Shown here in pieces: positions 9,658 to 19,334 of a stretch of DNA of 64,000 nt. The translations under genes were made by a program, and so were the position numbers. The stretch comes from Phenylobacterium sp. (lineage in GTDB: Bacteria; Pseudomonadota; Alphaproteobacteria; Caulobacterales; Caulobacteraceae), in the NCBI GenBank assembly GCA_040391295.1, contig JBEBYB010000006.1, positions 16-64,015 of the forward strand, given 5' to 3'. The notes beneath the pieces are model-generated. The model made no database searches. It worked only from the letters and a program-made list of their open reading frames with translations, and was not told the DNA's origin. Each line of letters opens with the position of its first letter. Position 1 is the stretch's first letter.

Positions 9658-9742
9658 GCGCCGCCCCTGCGACTCGTCTCGAAACCTGACGAACCGCGGC
9701 GCCATCCTCCGAGCCTGACCATAAGGCTATGGAGACATCACC

Positions 9743-9826
9743 GTGGCGGACCTCATCTTTCTCGGCCTAGGCGCGGGGGCGTTCATGCTCTTCGCGGCCT
9801 TCGCCATCGGCCTACGGCGGCTCTGA
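9743..9826 (+). CDS. 27-aa hydrophobic peptide ORF preceding kdpF
   Basis: GTG start with GGAG (9731-9734) 8 nt upstream. Product (M/V)ADLIFLGLGAGAFMLFAAFAIGLRRL is a single TM helix. Its stop lies 2 nt before the kdpF ATG. Too short for the ORF track. Confidence 0.4.
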   Translation: MADLIFLGLGAGAFMLFAAFAIGLRRL

Positions 9827-9828
9827 CG

Positions 9829-9915
9829 ATGCTCGTGGACCTGCTCTGGGCCGGCGGCGCGATCGCCCTGGCCGTCTACATGCTCGCGGCGCTGCTGCGC
9901 CCTGACCGCTTCTGA
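9829..9915 (+). CDS. kdpF: K+-transporting ATPase subunit F
   Basis: 28-aa peptide MLVDLLWAGGAIALAVYMLAALLRPDRF with the KdpF-typical C-terminus (LLRP[ED][RK]F). It ends 12 nt upstream of kdpA. Confidence 0.8.
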   Translation: MLVDLLWAGGAIALAVYMLAALLRPDRF

Positions 9916-9927
9916 CGGATTCCTGAA

Positions 9928-11637
9928 ATGACTTGGCAAGGATGGGCGGAGATCGCCCTGACGCTGGCCGTGGCCATAGGGCTCGGCTGGCCGCTCGGCG
10001 TCTATATGTCCCGAGTTTGGAATGGCGAACGGACCTGGCTCGACCCGGTGTTGGGGCCTGCGGAACGGCTGGTCTATGCCGGCTGCGGCGTCGATGCGAC
10101 CAAGAGCCAGACCTGGTTCTCCTATGCGGCGGCCTTGCTCGCCTTCAACGCGGTCGGCTTCTTCCTGGTCTACGCGATTATCCGGCTGCAGGGCGTCCTG
10201 CCGCTGAACCCGCAAGGGTTCGCAGGCGTGTCCGAGCACCTGGCCTTCAACACCGCCGTCAGCTTCGCGACCAACACCAACTGGCAGTCCTACGGCGGTG
10301 AAAGCACCATGTCGCACTTCAGCCAGATGGCGGCGCTAACGGTGCAGAACTTCGTCTCGGCGGCCACCGGCGCGACCATCGCCGCGGCCTTGGCGCGCGG
10401 CTTCCTCGCGCACCGCGGCGAAGGCGTCGGCAACTTCTGGGCCGACCTCGTGCGGACCACCCTCTACGTCCTGCTGCCCTGCGCCATCGTCCTGGCCTTG
10501 GTGCTGGCGGCGCTCGGCGTGCCCCAGACCCTCCAGGCCTCGGCCATGGCCACCACGGTCGAGGGCGCCGAGCAGAAACTGTCGCTGTTCGCGGTCGCCA
10601 GCCAATTGGCCATCAAGCAGCTGGGCATCAACGGCGGCGGCATCTTCAACGTCAACTCGGCCCACCCGTTCGAGAACCCCAGCCCGCTCACCAACTTCCT
10701 TACCGCCGTCTCGATCAACGTGCTCGGCTGGGCCGCCTTCTTCGCCTTTGGTCGTTCGGCCCTGGCCGGCAAGGACATCCGCGCCCTGGTGATGGCCGCA
10801 GCCCTCCTGCTTTCGGCCGGCGCGGCCGGCATCTACCTGGCCGAAACCCAGCCCGCCCCCGCGCTCGTCGCCGCCGGCGTCGACGCCAGCCAGAACATGG
10901 AAGGCAAGGAAGTCCGCTTCGGCGCCGCCGCCACAGCCGCCTGGGCGGCCCAGACCACGGGCGCCTCGAACGGCTCGGTCAACGGCATGCACGGCAGCTT
11001 CATGCCGCTCGGCGGCGGGATCGCGATGTTCCTGATGATGCTGGGCGAGATCCTGCCGGGCGGCATCGGCTCGGGGATCGCCGTGATGGTGATCATGGCC
11101 CTGCTGGCGGTGTTCATCGCCGGCCTGATGGTCGGCCGGACCCCTGAGTATCTCGGCAAGAAGGTCGAGGCCAAGGAGATCAAGCTGGCCATGCTGGCCG
11201 TCCTGGTCGTTCCGCTGTCGATGCTGGGCTTCTCGGCCATCGCCGCGGTCTTGCCCACCGCGCTGGAGGGGCTTCTCAACCACGGCCCCCACGGCTTGTC
11301 TGAGATCCTCTACGCCTATGTCTCCACGACGGCGAACAACGGCTCGGCCTTCGCCGGCTTGACCGCCAACGCCCCCTGGTGGAACACCACCCTGGGCCTA
11401 GCCATGCTCATGGGCCGCTTCGTGCCGATCATCGCGATCCTGGCCATCGCCGGATCGTTGGTCGCCAAGCCGAAACTCGCCCCCTCCGCAGGGACCCTGC
11501 CCACCGACAGCGGCCAATTCGTCGGCCTGCTGGTGGGCGTGATCCTGATCCTGGGCGGCCTGCAATTCTTCCCTGCCCTCGCCCTAGGCCCGATCGTCGA
11601 GCACTTCCAAGTGCTGACGACGCTGGCCGCACGCTGA
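9928..11637 (+). CDS. kdpA: K+-transporting ATPase subunit A
   Basis: 569 aa, clearly KdpA throughout (MTWQGWAEI..., [10 protein letters not shown], selectivity-filter-like repeats). Confidence 0.97.
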   Translation: MTWQGWAEIALTLAVAIGLGWPLGVYMSRVWNGERTWLDPVLGPAERLVYAGCGVDATKSQTWFSYAAALLAFNAVGFFLVYAIIRLQGVLPLNPQGFAGVSEHLAFNTAVSFATNTNWQSYGGESTMSHFSQMAALTVQNFVSAATGATIAAALARGFLAHRGEGVGNFWADLVRTTLYVLLPCAIVLALVLAALGVPQTLQASAMATTVEGAEQKLSLFAVASQLAIKQLGINGGGIFNVNSAHPFENPSPLTNFLTAVSINVLGWAAFFAFGRSALAGKDIRALVMAAALLLSAGAAGIYLAETQPAPALVAAGVDASQNMEGKEVRFGAAATAAWAAQTTGASNGSVNGMHGSFMPLGGGIAMFLMMLGEILPGGIGSGIAVMVIMALLAVFIAGLMVGRTPEYLGKKVEAKEIKLAMLAVLVVPLSMLGFSAIAAVLPTALEGLLNHGPHGLSEILYAYVSTTANNGSAFAGLTANAPWWNTTLGLAMLMGRFVPIIAILAIAGSLVAKPKLAPSAGTLPTDSGQFVGLLVGVILILGGLQFFPALALGPIVEHFQVLTTLAAR

Positions 11638-11656
11638 TCCTTCGAGGCATCCGACA

Positions 11657-13726
11657 ATGACCGCGTCTTACGTTCCGCAAGGCGAAAACCGCCGCAAGGC
11701 GTCCACCCTGGCGACAAGCCTGTCGCCGGCCATGCTCGGCCGCGCCGCTCGCGACGCCGTGGTGAAGCTCGACCCACGCAAGCTGACCGGCAATCCGGTG
11801 ATCTTCGCGACCTGGATCGTCGCGCTGCTGGCCTCGGCCTCCACGGTCGCCGCGATCACGGCCGGCCGCGACTGGGGCTTTGAAATCCAGATCGCGCTCT
11901 GGCTCTGGGCCACGGTGCTGTTCGCCAATCTGGCCGAGAGCGTCGCCGAGGGCCGGGGCAAGGCCGCCGCCGACTCGCTGCGCGCCACCCGCGTCACCAC
12001 CAAGGCCAAGCTGATCATCGATCCGGTCACCGGAACCATCGTCCCCACCCCGGCCCATAAGCTGGGGGTCGGGGAGATCGTCCTGGTCGAGGCCGGCGAC
12101 GTGATCCCCGCCGACGGCGAGATCATCGAGGGCGTCGCTTCGGTCAACGAGGCGGCCATCACCGGCGAAAGCGCCCCGGTGATCCGTGAAAGCGGCGGCG
12201 ACCGCTCGGCCGTCACCGGCGGCACCACGGTGGTCTCCGACTGGCTGAAGATCCGCATCACCTCGGAGGCCGGCAACACCTTCCTCGACCGCATGATCGC
12301 CATGGTCGAGGGCGCCGACCGCCGCAAGACGCCGAACGAGATCGCCCTGGCCGTCCTGCTGGCCGGCCTGACCCTGATCTTCCTGATCGCGGTCGCCACC
12401 CTGCTCGGTCTCGGCAAGTATTCCGGCGTCATCCTGCCGCCGATGGTGCTCGGCGCGCTGTTCATCACCCTGATCCCGACGACCATCGGCGGGCTGCTCT
12501 CGGCGGTCGGCATCGCCGGCATGGACCGGCTGCTGAAGGTCAATGTGCTCGCCACCTCGGGCCGCGCGGTCGAGGCCGCCGGCGACGTCGACACCCTGTT
12601 GCTCGACAAGACCGGCACCATCACCTTCGGCAACCGCATGGCCACCGAGGTGATCGCCGCTCCCGGCGTCCGCCAGGAGATCGCCCTGCGCGCCACCCTG
12701 ATGGCGTCCCTGGGCGACCTGACGCCCGAGGGCCGCTCCATCGTCGACCTGGCTCGCAGCCAGGGCCTGGAGCTGGAGGCGCCCGAGGGCGGAACCCTGA
12801 TCCCGTTCAGCGCCGCCACCCGCCAGTCGGGCCTGGACGCCGACGGCCAGTCCTGGCGCAAGGGGGCGGTGGACGCGGTGATCCGCAGCCTGGACCTCAG
12901 GCCCGAACAGGTCCCGGCCGACCTGTCGGCGGCGGTGGACCGCATCGCTCGCTCGGGCGGCACGCCGCTGGCGGTCAGCGAGAACGGGGTCCTGGTCGGG
13001 GTCATTCACCTGAAGGACGTGGTGAAGCCCAATGTGAAGGAACGGTTCGCCGACCTGCGCCGGATGGGCCTGCGCACGGTGATGATCACCGGCGACAATC
13101 CCGTGACCGCCGCCGCCATCGCCTCCGAGGCCGGGGTCGACGACTTCCTCGCCGAGGCGACGCCTGAGGACAAGCTGCGCCTGATCCGCGAGGAACAGGC
13201 CAAGGGCCGCCTGGTCGCCATGTGCGGCGACGGGGCCAACGACGCCCCGGCCCTGGCGCAATCGGACGTCGGGGTGGCGATGCAAACCGGCGCTCAGGCC
13301 GCCCGCGAGGCCGGCAATATGGTCGATCTGGACAGCGACCCGACCAAGGTCATCGAGATCGTCGAGGTCGGTAAGCAGATGCTGATCACCCGCGGCGCGC
13401 TGACCACCTTCTCGATCGCCAACGACGTGGCCAAGTACTTCGCCATCATCCCGGCGATGTTCGTGACCGCCCTGCCGGCGCTCGGCGCGCTCAATGTGAT
13501 GAACCTGCACAGCCCAGAAAGCGCGATCCTCTCGGCGGTGATCTTCAACGCCCTGGTCATCGTGGCGCTGATCCCGCTGGCCCTGCGCGGCGTGCGCTAC
13601 CGGGCCGTCGGCGCGGCCAAGCTCCTGTCGCGCAACCTGTTGATCTACGGCCTGGGCGGGCTGATCGCGCCGTTCATCGGCATCAAGCTGATCGACATCG
13701 TCGTCTCCGGCCTTGGGCTTGCCTGA
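11657..13726 (+). CDS. kdpB: K+-transporting P-type ATPase subunit B
   Basis: 689 aa. P-type ATPase motifs DKTGTIT, MITGDN and [10 protein letters not shown]. Confidence 0.97.
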   Translation: MTASYVPQGENRRKASTLATSLSPAMLGRAARDAVVKLDPRKLTGNPVIFATWIVALLASASTVAAITAGRDWGFEIQIALWLWATVLFANLAESVAEGRGKAAADSLRATRVTTKAKLIIDPVTGTIVPTPAHKLGVGEIVLVEAGDVIPADGEIIEGVASVNEAAITGESAPVIRESGGDRSAVTGGTTVVSDWLKIRITSEAGNTFLDRMIAMVEGADRRKTPNEIALAVLLAGLTLIFLIAVATLLGLGKYSGVILPPMVLGALFITLIPTTIGGLLSAVGIAGMDRLLKVNVLATSGRAVEAAGDVDTLLLDKTGTITFGNRMATEVIAAPGVRQEIALRATLMASLGDLTPEGRSIVDLARSQGLELEAPEGGTLIPFSAATRQSGLDADGQSWRKGAVDAVIRSLDLRPEQVPADLSAAVDRIARSGGTPLAVSENGVLVGVIHLKDVVKPNVKERFADLRRMGLRTVMITGDNPVTAAAIASEAGVDDFLAEATPEDKLRLIREEQAKGRLVAMCGDGANDAPALAQSDVGVAMQTGAQAAREAGNMVDLDSDPTKVIEIVEVGKQMLITRGALTTFSIANDVAKYFAIIPAMFVTALPALGALNVMNLHSPESAILSAVIFNALVIVALIPLALRGVRYRAVGAAKLLSRNLLIYGLGGLIAPFIGIKLIDIVVSGLGLA

Positions 13727-13806
13727 TGATTATGCGTGAACTTCTCATCTCGGGCGGGCTGATCGCCCTCCTCTTCGCCTGCGCCCTCCTCGGCCGCGCC
13801 TTCTAG
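13726..13806 (+). CDS. 26-aa hydrophobic micro-ORF overlapping the kdpB stop
   Basis: ATG 13726 overlaps the kdpB TGA (TGATG). Product [26 protein letters not shown] is a single TM helix. Not in the ORF track because of its size. Confidence 0.35.
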   Translation: MIMRELLISGGLIALLFACALLGRAF

Positions 13807-13815
13807 GAAGCCGCC

Positions 13816-14550
13816 ATGCCCGCATTCGGCACACAAAAAGAACCTTCCAGGACCTCTCTCATGACTCAGTACCGCGTGTTCCCGATCACCGTCGCCGCCA
13901 TGATCGCCATGACGGCGGGCCAGGCGACGGCCCAGGACCTCGACGTTTCCTTCAACCTCGGCGCCGCCACCGACTATGTCTGGCGCGGCGTCAGCCAGAC
14001 CGACGAGAACCCGCAGTTATCGGCAGGGATCGATACGACTGTCGGAAGCCTGGGCTACGCCGGGGCCTGGATCTCGAACGTCGACTTTGGCGACGGCACG
14101 GACGCCGAGTTCGACCTCTATGCCGGGGTCAGGCCGCAGGTCGGGCCGGTCATTCTCGACCTCGCCGTCCTCTATTACGGCTACATCAACCAGCCGCCTG
14201 GTCCCGAGCAGGACTTTGTCGAACTGAAGTTGGCGGGTTCGATGCCGATCGGCCGGGCCACGCTCGGCGCGGCGGTGTTCTATTCCGACGACTTCTTCGG
14301 CAAGACCGGCCCGGCGACCTATGTCGAACTCAACGGCTCGATCCCGGTCGCCGAAAAGGTCTCGATCTCGGGCGCCGTGGGCCGTCAGAACGTCGACTAT
14401 GACGGCGACTATACGACCTGGAACCTCGGTGCGAGCTACGCCCTCAACGACGTTGTCGGCTTCGATCTTCGCTATCACGACACCGACGAACACGGCTTCG
14501 GCGACCTCTATGGCAGCCGGATCGCTCTCGGCGTCAAGGCCGTCTTCTAG
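13816..14550 (+). CDS. TIGR02001-type outer-membrane beta-barrel protein (porin-like) embedded in the kdp operon
   Basis: AGGAAG SD (13805-13810) 5 nt before the ATG. Signal peptide ...MTAGQATAQD, then TDYVWRGVSQTD...GAWISNVDF...EFDLYAG and a terminal Phe. This matches the proteobacterial TIGR02001 family from memory. Alternative start at ATG 13861. Confidence 0.85.
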   Translation: MPAFGTQKEPSRTSLMTQYRVFPITVAAMIAMTAGQATAQDLDVSFNLGAATDYVWRGVSQTDENPQLSAGIDTTVGSLGYAGAWISNVDFGDGTDAEFDLYAGVRPQVGPVILDLAVLYYGYINQPPGPEQDFVELKLAGSMPIGRATLGAAVFYSDDFFGKTGPATYVELNGSIPVAEKVSISGAVGRQNVDYDGDYTTWNLGASYALNDVVGFDLRYHDTDEHGFGDLYGSRIALGVKAVF

Positions 14551-14562
14551 GAGATTTGCGCC

Positions 14563-15153
14563 ATGCTTTCGCTTATCCGCCCCGCCGTCGTATCGATGGC
14601 CTTCTTCACCCTGCTGCTGGGTATAGCCTATCCGATGCTGATCACCGGCGTCGCCCAGGCCGCCTTTCCAAACCAGGCGAACGGCAGTCTCGCCGTCGTC
14701 GGCGGCAAGGTCGTGGGGTCTGAGCTGATCGGCCAGAACTTCACCAAGGCCGAGTACCTGCACCCCCGTCCGTCGGCCGCCGGCGCCAAGGGCTATGACG
14801 CGTCGGCCTCGTCCGGCTCCAACCTTGGCCCCCTGAACGAAGACCTCGCCAAACGGGTCCAGGATAGCGCCCTCGCCATTCGCGCCGAAGACGGGCGAGG
14901 CATGATTCCCGCCGACGCCGTCACCGCCTCCGGCTCGGGGCTCGACCCGCACATCTCGCCGGAATACGCCGCGCTCCAGGCCGAGCGCGTCGCCAAGGCC
15001 AGAGGTGTCGAACCGCGCCTGGTCCGTGAGTTGTTCGCCGCCCACGTCGAGGGCCGCGTCTTCGGCGTCCTCGGCCAACCGCGGGTGAACGTATTGGAGA
15101 CCAACCTCGCCCTCGACGCCCGCTATCCGTTGCGCCAACCTCGCGCCTCATGA
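14563..15153 (+). CDS. kdpC: K+-transporting ATPase subunit C
   Basis: 196 aa with an N-terminal TM anchor and the SGSGLDPHISP motif typical of KdpC. Confidence 0.95.
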   Translation: MLSLIRPAVVSMAFFTLLLGIAYPMLITGVAQAAFPNQANGSLAVVGGKVVGSELIGQNFTKAEYLHPRPSAAGAKGYDASASSGSNLGPLNEDLAKRVQDSALAIRAEDGRGMIPADAVTASGSGLDPHISPEYAALQAERVAKARGVEPRLVRELFAAHVEGRVFGVLGQPRVNVLETNLALDARYPLRQPRAS

Positions 15154-17828
15154 GCCCGGACGAACCTCGCCGACCCGATCCGGACGCCCTGCTGGCCGCG
15201 ACCGCCAGACCGGGGCGCGGGCGGCTGAAGGTCTTCCTCGGCATGTCGCCCGGGGTGGGAAAGACCTTCGAGATGCTGCGCGCCGCTCGCCGCCGAAAGG
15301 CGGAGGGCGGCGACGTTGTTGTCGGGGTGGTCGAGACCCATGGCCGGCGCGAGACCCAATCGTTGCTGCGCGGCCTGGAGGTCATGGCGCGCCGGCCGAT
15401 CGACTATCGCGAGCGCACGCTGCTGGAGTTCGATCTCGACGGCGCGCTCGAGCGTAAGCCGGCCTTGCTGCTGGTCGACGAATACGCCCACTCCAACGCC
15501 CCAGGCTCACGCCATCCCAAGCGCTGGCAGGACGTGGAGGAGATCCTGGCGGCCGGGATCGATGTCTGGACCACGCTCAACGTCCAGCATCTGGAGAGCC
15601 TGCGCGAGGTGGTCTGGAAGATCACCGGCGTGCGCCAGCGCGAGACGGTTCCGGACTCGGCCCTCTCGCGCGCCGACGAAATCGAACTGATCGACATTAC
15701 GCCCTCCGAGCTTCGCGAGCGGATGGCCGAGGGCAAGGTCTATATCGGCGACACCGCCCGGATCGCCGCCGAGCGGTTCTTCAAGCCTGAGAACCTGACG
15801 GCCCTGCGCGAACTGGCCCTGCGCCGCGCGGCCCAGACCGTCGACGACCAGTTGCTGGGCGCGATGAAGCGGGCCGGGGTCGAGGGCCCCTGGGCGGCGG
15901 GCGAGCGGATCCTGGTCCTTCTGGGCCCTGACGCCTCCGCCGGGGCCCTGGTGCGGACCGGCCGGCGGTTGTCGGATATGATGATGGAAGCGCCGTGGTT
16001 CGTGGCCCACGTCGAGCGCCCCAATGCCCCGCCCGTCCCAGCCTTGGACCAGGCCCGTCTCAACGAAGCCCTCAAGCTGGCCGAACAACTCGGCGGCGTC
16101 ACGGTGATGCTGACCGGCGACGATCTGGTGAGCAGCGTTCTCGACTATGCCCGGCGCAACAACGTCACCCAGATCGTGGTCGGCAAGTCGGCGCGGCCGC
16201 GTTTCAATCCGTTCCGCCGCTCTCTGGTTCACGCCCTGCTGGAAGAGGCGCGGGGCGCGGCCCTGCACGTCGTCACCGAAGGGGCCGAAGCCGAAGCCCC
16301 GCCTCCTCGCCCCCGCACGCCGTTCAGGTCCTGGCCTTGGGCCGGCCACGCCGGCGCCATCGCCCTGGTCAGCGTCGCCACGCTGTTGTCGAGCGCCACG
16401 TTCCAGGTCGCCGAGACCGCCAACCTGGCCATGATCTTCATGCTCAGCGTGCTGGTCAGCGGCCTGGCCTTCGGGCTCTGGCCGGCTCTGACCGCTGCAA
16501 CGCTGTGCGCCCTCGCCTACAATTTCTTCTTCCTGGAGCCGCGCCTGACCGTGCGGATCGGTCATCCGGCCGACGTGCTGACCTTCGCTGTGTTCTTCGC
16601 CGTGGCTTTGACGACCGGCTGGCTGACCGGCCGGATTCGCGATCAGGCGCGCGCGGTGTCCCGCCGGGCTTCGGCGGTGTCGTCGCTGCTGGCCGCCAGC
16701 CGCCGGCTATCCTCGGCCGCCAAACAGGACACCGCGGCCCAGGCCCTGGCCGAACAACTCGCCGCGGCGACCAGCGGCGCGGCCGTAGTCCTGACCCCCG
16801 AGCGCGACGATCTGGCGCTGACCGCCGCCTCCCCGCCCCTCGACGTGCTGGCGCCCGGCGACATGGCCGCCGCCCGTTGGGCCTGGGAAAAGGGCGAGCC
16901 GGCCGGCGCCGGCACCGGGACCCTGCCCAACTCGGCCTGGACTTTCCGGCCGCTGCAGGGGGTCAAGGCCCGCGCCGGCGTGGCTGGGGTCGAGCTGAAG
17001 GCGCTGGCCGCCGAGGACAATGAGCGTTTCGTCAGCGCCCTGCTCGATCAGGGTGCGGTGGCGCTGGAACGCGCCGAATTCGCCGCCCAGGCCGCCGACA
17101 CCGAGGCTTTGCGCCGTACCGACCGCCTGCGCGGGGCCTTGCTCAACTCAGTCAGTCACGACCTGCGCACGCCGCTGTCCACGGTGCTCGGCTCGGTCAC
17201 CACCCTGCTCGACTACGGCAAGTCCCTCGACAGCCGGGTGCAGCGCGATTTGCTGGTCTCCATCCAGGAGGAAGCCGAGCGCCTGAACCGCTATGTCGGC
17301 GACCTGTTGGACATGACCCGGCTGGAGGGCGGCGCCCTGGTCACCCGCCGTGACTGGGTCGATATCCGCGATGTCCTGCGCGCGGCGGTGGACCGCGTGA
17401 AACGGCGGCTGGACAAGCGCACCGTGGCGCGCGACTTCCCCGCCGAGTTGTCGATGGTCAAGGCTGATCCGTCGCTGCTGGAGCAGGCCCTTGTGAACAT
17501 CCTGGAGAACGCCGTCGCCTATAGCCCGGACGGATCGGCCATCGAGGTCGCAGCCTATGAGGACCGCGGCAATGTGGTGATCTCCATCGAGGACGAAGGG
17601 CGGGGCATCCCGACCCCGGAGCTAGAGCGGGTGTTCGAGAAATTCCGCCGGATGGAAGAAGCCACCGATCGGGGCAAGGGCGCGGGCCTGGGCCTGGCCA
17701 TCGCCAAGGGTTTCGTCGAGGCCATGGGCGGGCGGATCGCCGCCGCCAGCCCCATCCACGAAGGCCGCGGGACCCGCATCCTGATCAGCCTGCCCAAGGA
17801 AACGCTCATGCCGGGGCACATGCTGTGA
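15150..17828 (+). CDS. kdpD: sensor histidine kinase KdpD
   Basis: 892 aa. N-terminal KdpD domain with GVGKT, a Usp-like region, four TM helices, the H-box SHDLRTPL and HATPase G-boxes. 4-nt overlap with kdpC. Confidence 0.95.
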   Translation: MSPDEPRRPDPDALLAATARPGRGRLKVFLGMSPGVGKTFEMLRAARRRKAEGGDVVVGVVETHGRRETQSLLRGLEVMARRPIDYRERTLLEFDLDGALERKPALLLVDEYAHSNAPGSRHPKRWQDVEEILAAGIDVWTTLNVQHLESLREVVWKITGVRQRETVPDSALSRADEIELIDITPSELRERMAEGKVYIGDTARIAAERFFKPENLTALRELALRRAAQTVDDQLLGAMKRAGVEGPWAAGERILVLLGPDASAGALVRTGRRLSDMMMEAPWFVAHVERPNAPPVPALDQARLNEALKLAEQLGGVTVMLTGDDLVSSVLDYARRNNVTQIVVGKSARPRFNPFRRSLVHALLEEARGAALHVVTEGAEAEAPPPRPRTPFRSWPWAGHAGAIALVSVATLLSSATFQVAETANLAMIFMLSVLVSGLAFGLWPALTAATLCALAYNFFFLEPRLTVRIGHPADVLTFAVFFAVALTTGWLTGRIRDQARAVSRRASAVSSLLAASRRLSSAAKQDTAAQALAEQLAAATSGAAVVLTPERDDLALTAASPPLDVLAPGDMAAARWAWEKGEPAGAGTGTLPNSAWTFRPLQGVKARAGVAGVELKALAAEDNERFVSALLDQGAVALERAEFAAQAADTEALRRTDRLRGALLNSVSHDLRTPLSTVLGSVTTLLDYGKSLDSRVQRDLLVSIQEEAERLNRYVGDLLDMTRLEGGALVTRRDWVDIRDVLRAAVDRVKRRLDKRTVARDFPAELSMVKADPSLLEQALVNILENAVAYSPDGSAIEVAAYEDRGNVVISIEDEGRGIPTPELERVFEKFRRMEEATDRGKGAGLGLAIAKGFVEAMGGRIAAASPIHEGRGTRILISLPKETLMPGHML

Positions 17829-18514
17829 GCGCCAACCGCCCCCGCATCCTGGTCATCGACGACGAGCCGCAGATCCACCGGTTCCTGCAGCCCGCCCTGG
17901 AAGCGGCGGGCTACGAGCCGATCCGCGCCGACACCGCCGCCGAGGGCTTGAAGGAAATCGCCCGCAAGGCGCCCGACGCCGTGGTGCTCGACCTCGGCCT
18001 GCCCGACTTCGACGGCAAGGAAGCGCTGACCCGCGCGCGGGCCTTTTATGACGGCCCCATCATCGTGCTCTCGGCCCGCGACAAGGAAACCGAGAAGATC
18101 GACACCCTCGATCTCGGCGCCGACGACTATGTGGAAAAGCCGTTCGGCGTCGGCGAACTGCTGGCCCGGCTGCGGGTGGCCCTGCGTCATCGCCTGCGCC
18201 AGAAGGGCGCCGAGCCCATCGTCACCGCCGGCGACCTGACCATCGACTTCATCAAGCGGCTGGTGACCAGAAGCGGCCAAGCGATCCGCCTCTCGCCGAA
18301 GGAATACGACCTGCTGGCCCTGTTGGTGGAAGGCAGCGGCAAGGTCTGCACCCATCGGCAACTTCTCACCGCGGTATGGGGTCCCGCCCATGTCGAGGAT
18401 GTCCAGTACCTGCGGGTCGTCGTGGCGCAGATCAGGCAGAAGATCGAACCGGACGCCGCCGCTCCAATTCTGATCGGCACCGAGCCCGGGGTCGGTTATC
18501 GGTGGCTTGGCTAA
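17825..18514 (+). CDS. kdpE: response regulator KdpE (OmpR family)
   Basis: 229 aa. Receiver domain (VVLDLGLPDFDG) plus a winged-helix C-terminus. 4-nt overlap with kdpD. Confidence 0.95.
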   Translation: MSANRPRILVIDDEPQIHRFLQPALEAAGYEPIRADTAAEGLKEIARKAPDAVVLDLGLPDFDGKEALTRARAFYDGPIIVLSARDKETEKIDTLDLGADDYVEKPFGVGELLARLRVALRHRLRQKGAEPIVTAGDLTIDFIKRLVTRSGQAIRLSPKEYDLLALLVEGSGKVCTHRQLLTAVWGPAHVEDVQYLRVVVAQIRQKIEPDAAAPILIGTEPGVGYRWLG

Positions 18515-18581
18515 GATCTTGCTACTTCATCGGGCCCTGGTCGGCCGCATTCTGAACAACCTTCGCGGTTTGGTTCCCGCC

Positions 18582-19310
18582 ATGTCGATATCGTCCCTGC
18601 GCCAGCTTATCGTGGCGTTCGTTCTCGCCGCGTTTTGCATCGGCGCCAGCGCCCAGGCCCAGAACTCTCCGGCTGCGCAACGCGTGCTCGACCGGGCGCG
18701 TGCGGTGTCGGGCGGCTCCGGCTGGAACCTGCTGCGCGGCCTGCACGAGGTGGGTAAGGACGGCGGCCAGTCCTATGAGCAGTGGGTTGATCCGCTGCGC
18801 TATGGCGCACGCACCGAAACCATGACCGCCGAAGGCAAGCACGTTCAAGCCTACAATGGCGCGGCCGAATGGCGGATCCTCGCCAATGGCGTGATCACCG
18901 GCTCCGTCGATCCGGCGGTCGTGGCGCGGGTTCGCTCCGACGCCTTCTTCGCCGCCTACGCCTATTTCTATCCCAGCCGTTTTGACCTGCGCAGCGTTCA
19001 CCTGGGCGTGCGGCAAAGCCAAGGTCGCTCGTTCGAGGTGCTGCGTATCCAGCCCGCGGGAGGGAAACCACGCGAGCTTTGGTTCGATCGCGGTACAGGT
19101 CTGCTCGGCTTGGTCGTGGACGACGTTAGCGGCTCGGCCATGACCACGGAACTGTCCGACTATCGCAAGATCGGCCCTGTGCTCGTTCCGTTCAGGTCCA
19201 AGACCGTCGGCGGCGAGCTGGCCCGGCCCCAGGAGCGGTTGGTGGAACGCATCGACTTCATCCCAGCCGACCGCAGCAAGTTCAGCCTACCGCCGCCCAG
19301 GACGCCGTGA
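18582..19310 (+). CDS. secreted hypothetical protein
   Basis: Start chosen at ATG 18582, which gives the signal peptide MSISSLRQLIVAFVLAAFCIGASAQAQ. No recognisable family. Confidence 0.55.
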   Translation: MSISSLRQLIVAFVLAAFCIGASAQAQNSPAAQRVLDRARAVSGGSGWNLLRGLHEVGKDGGQSYEQWVDPLRYGARTETMTAEGKHVQAYNGAAEWRILANGVITGSVDPAVVARVRSDAFFAAYAYFYPSRFDLRSVHLGVRQSQGRSFEVLRIQPAGGKPRELWFDRGTGLLGLVVDDVSGSAMTTELSDYRKIGPVLVPFRSKTVGGELARPQERLVERIDFIPADRSKFSLPPPRTP

Positions 19311-19334
19311 AGCTGGGCCGTCTGCACGTAGGCC

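Noticed and set aside
9561-9726. Possible riboswitch or leader RNA upstream of kdp (by analogy with c-di-AMP riboswitches in Firmicutes).
   Set aside because: No ydaO/kimA-like conserved helices are recognisable. The hairpin at 9560-9591 is better explained as the terminator of the upstream DUF2955 gene. kdpDE is present for regulation.
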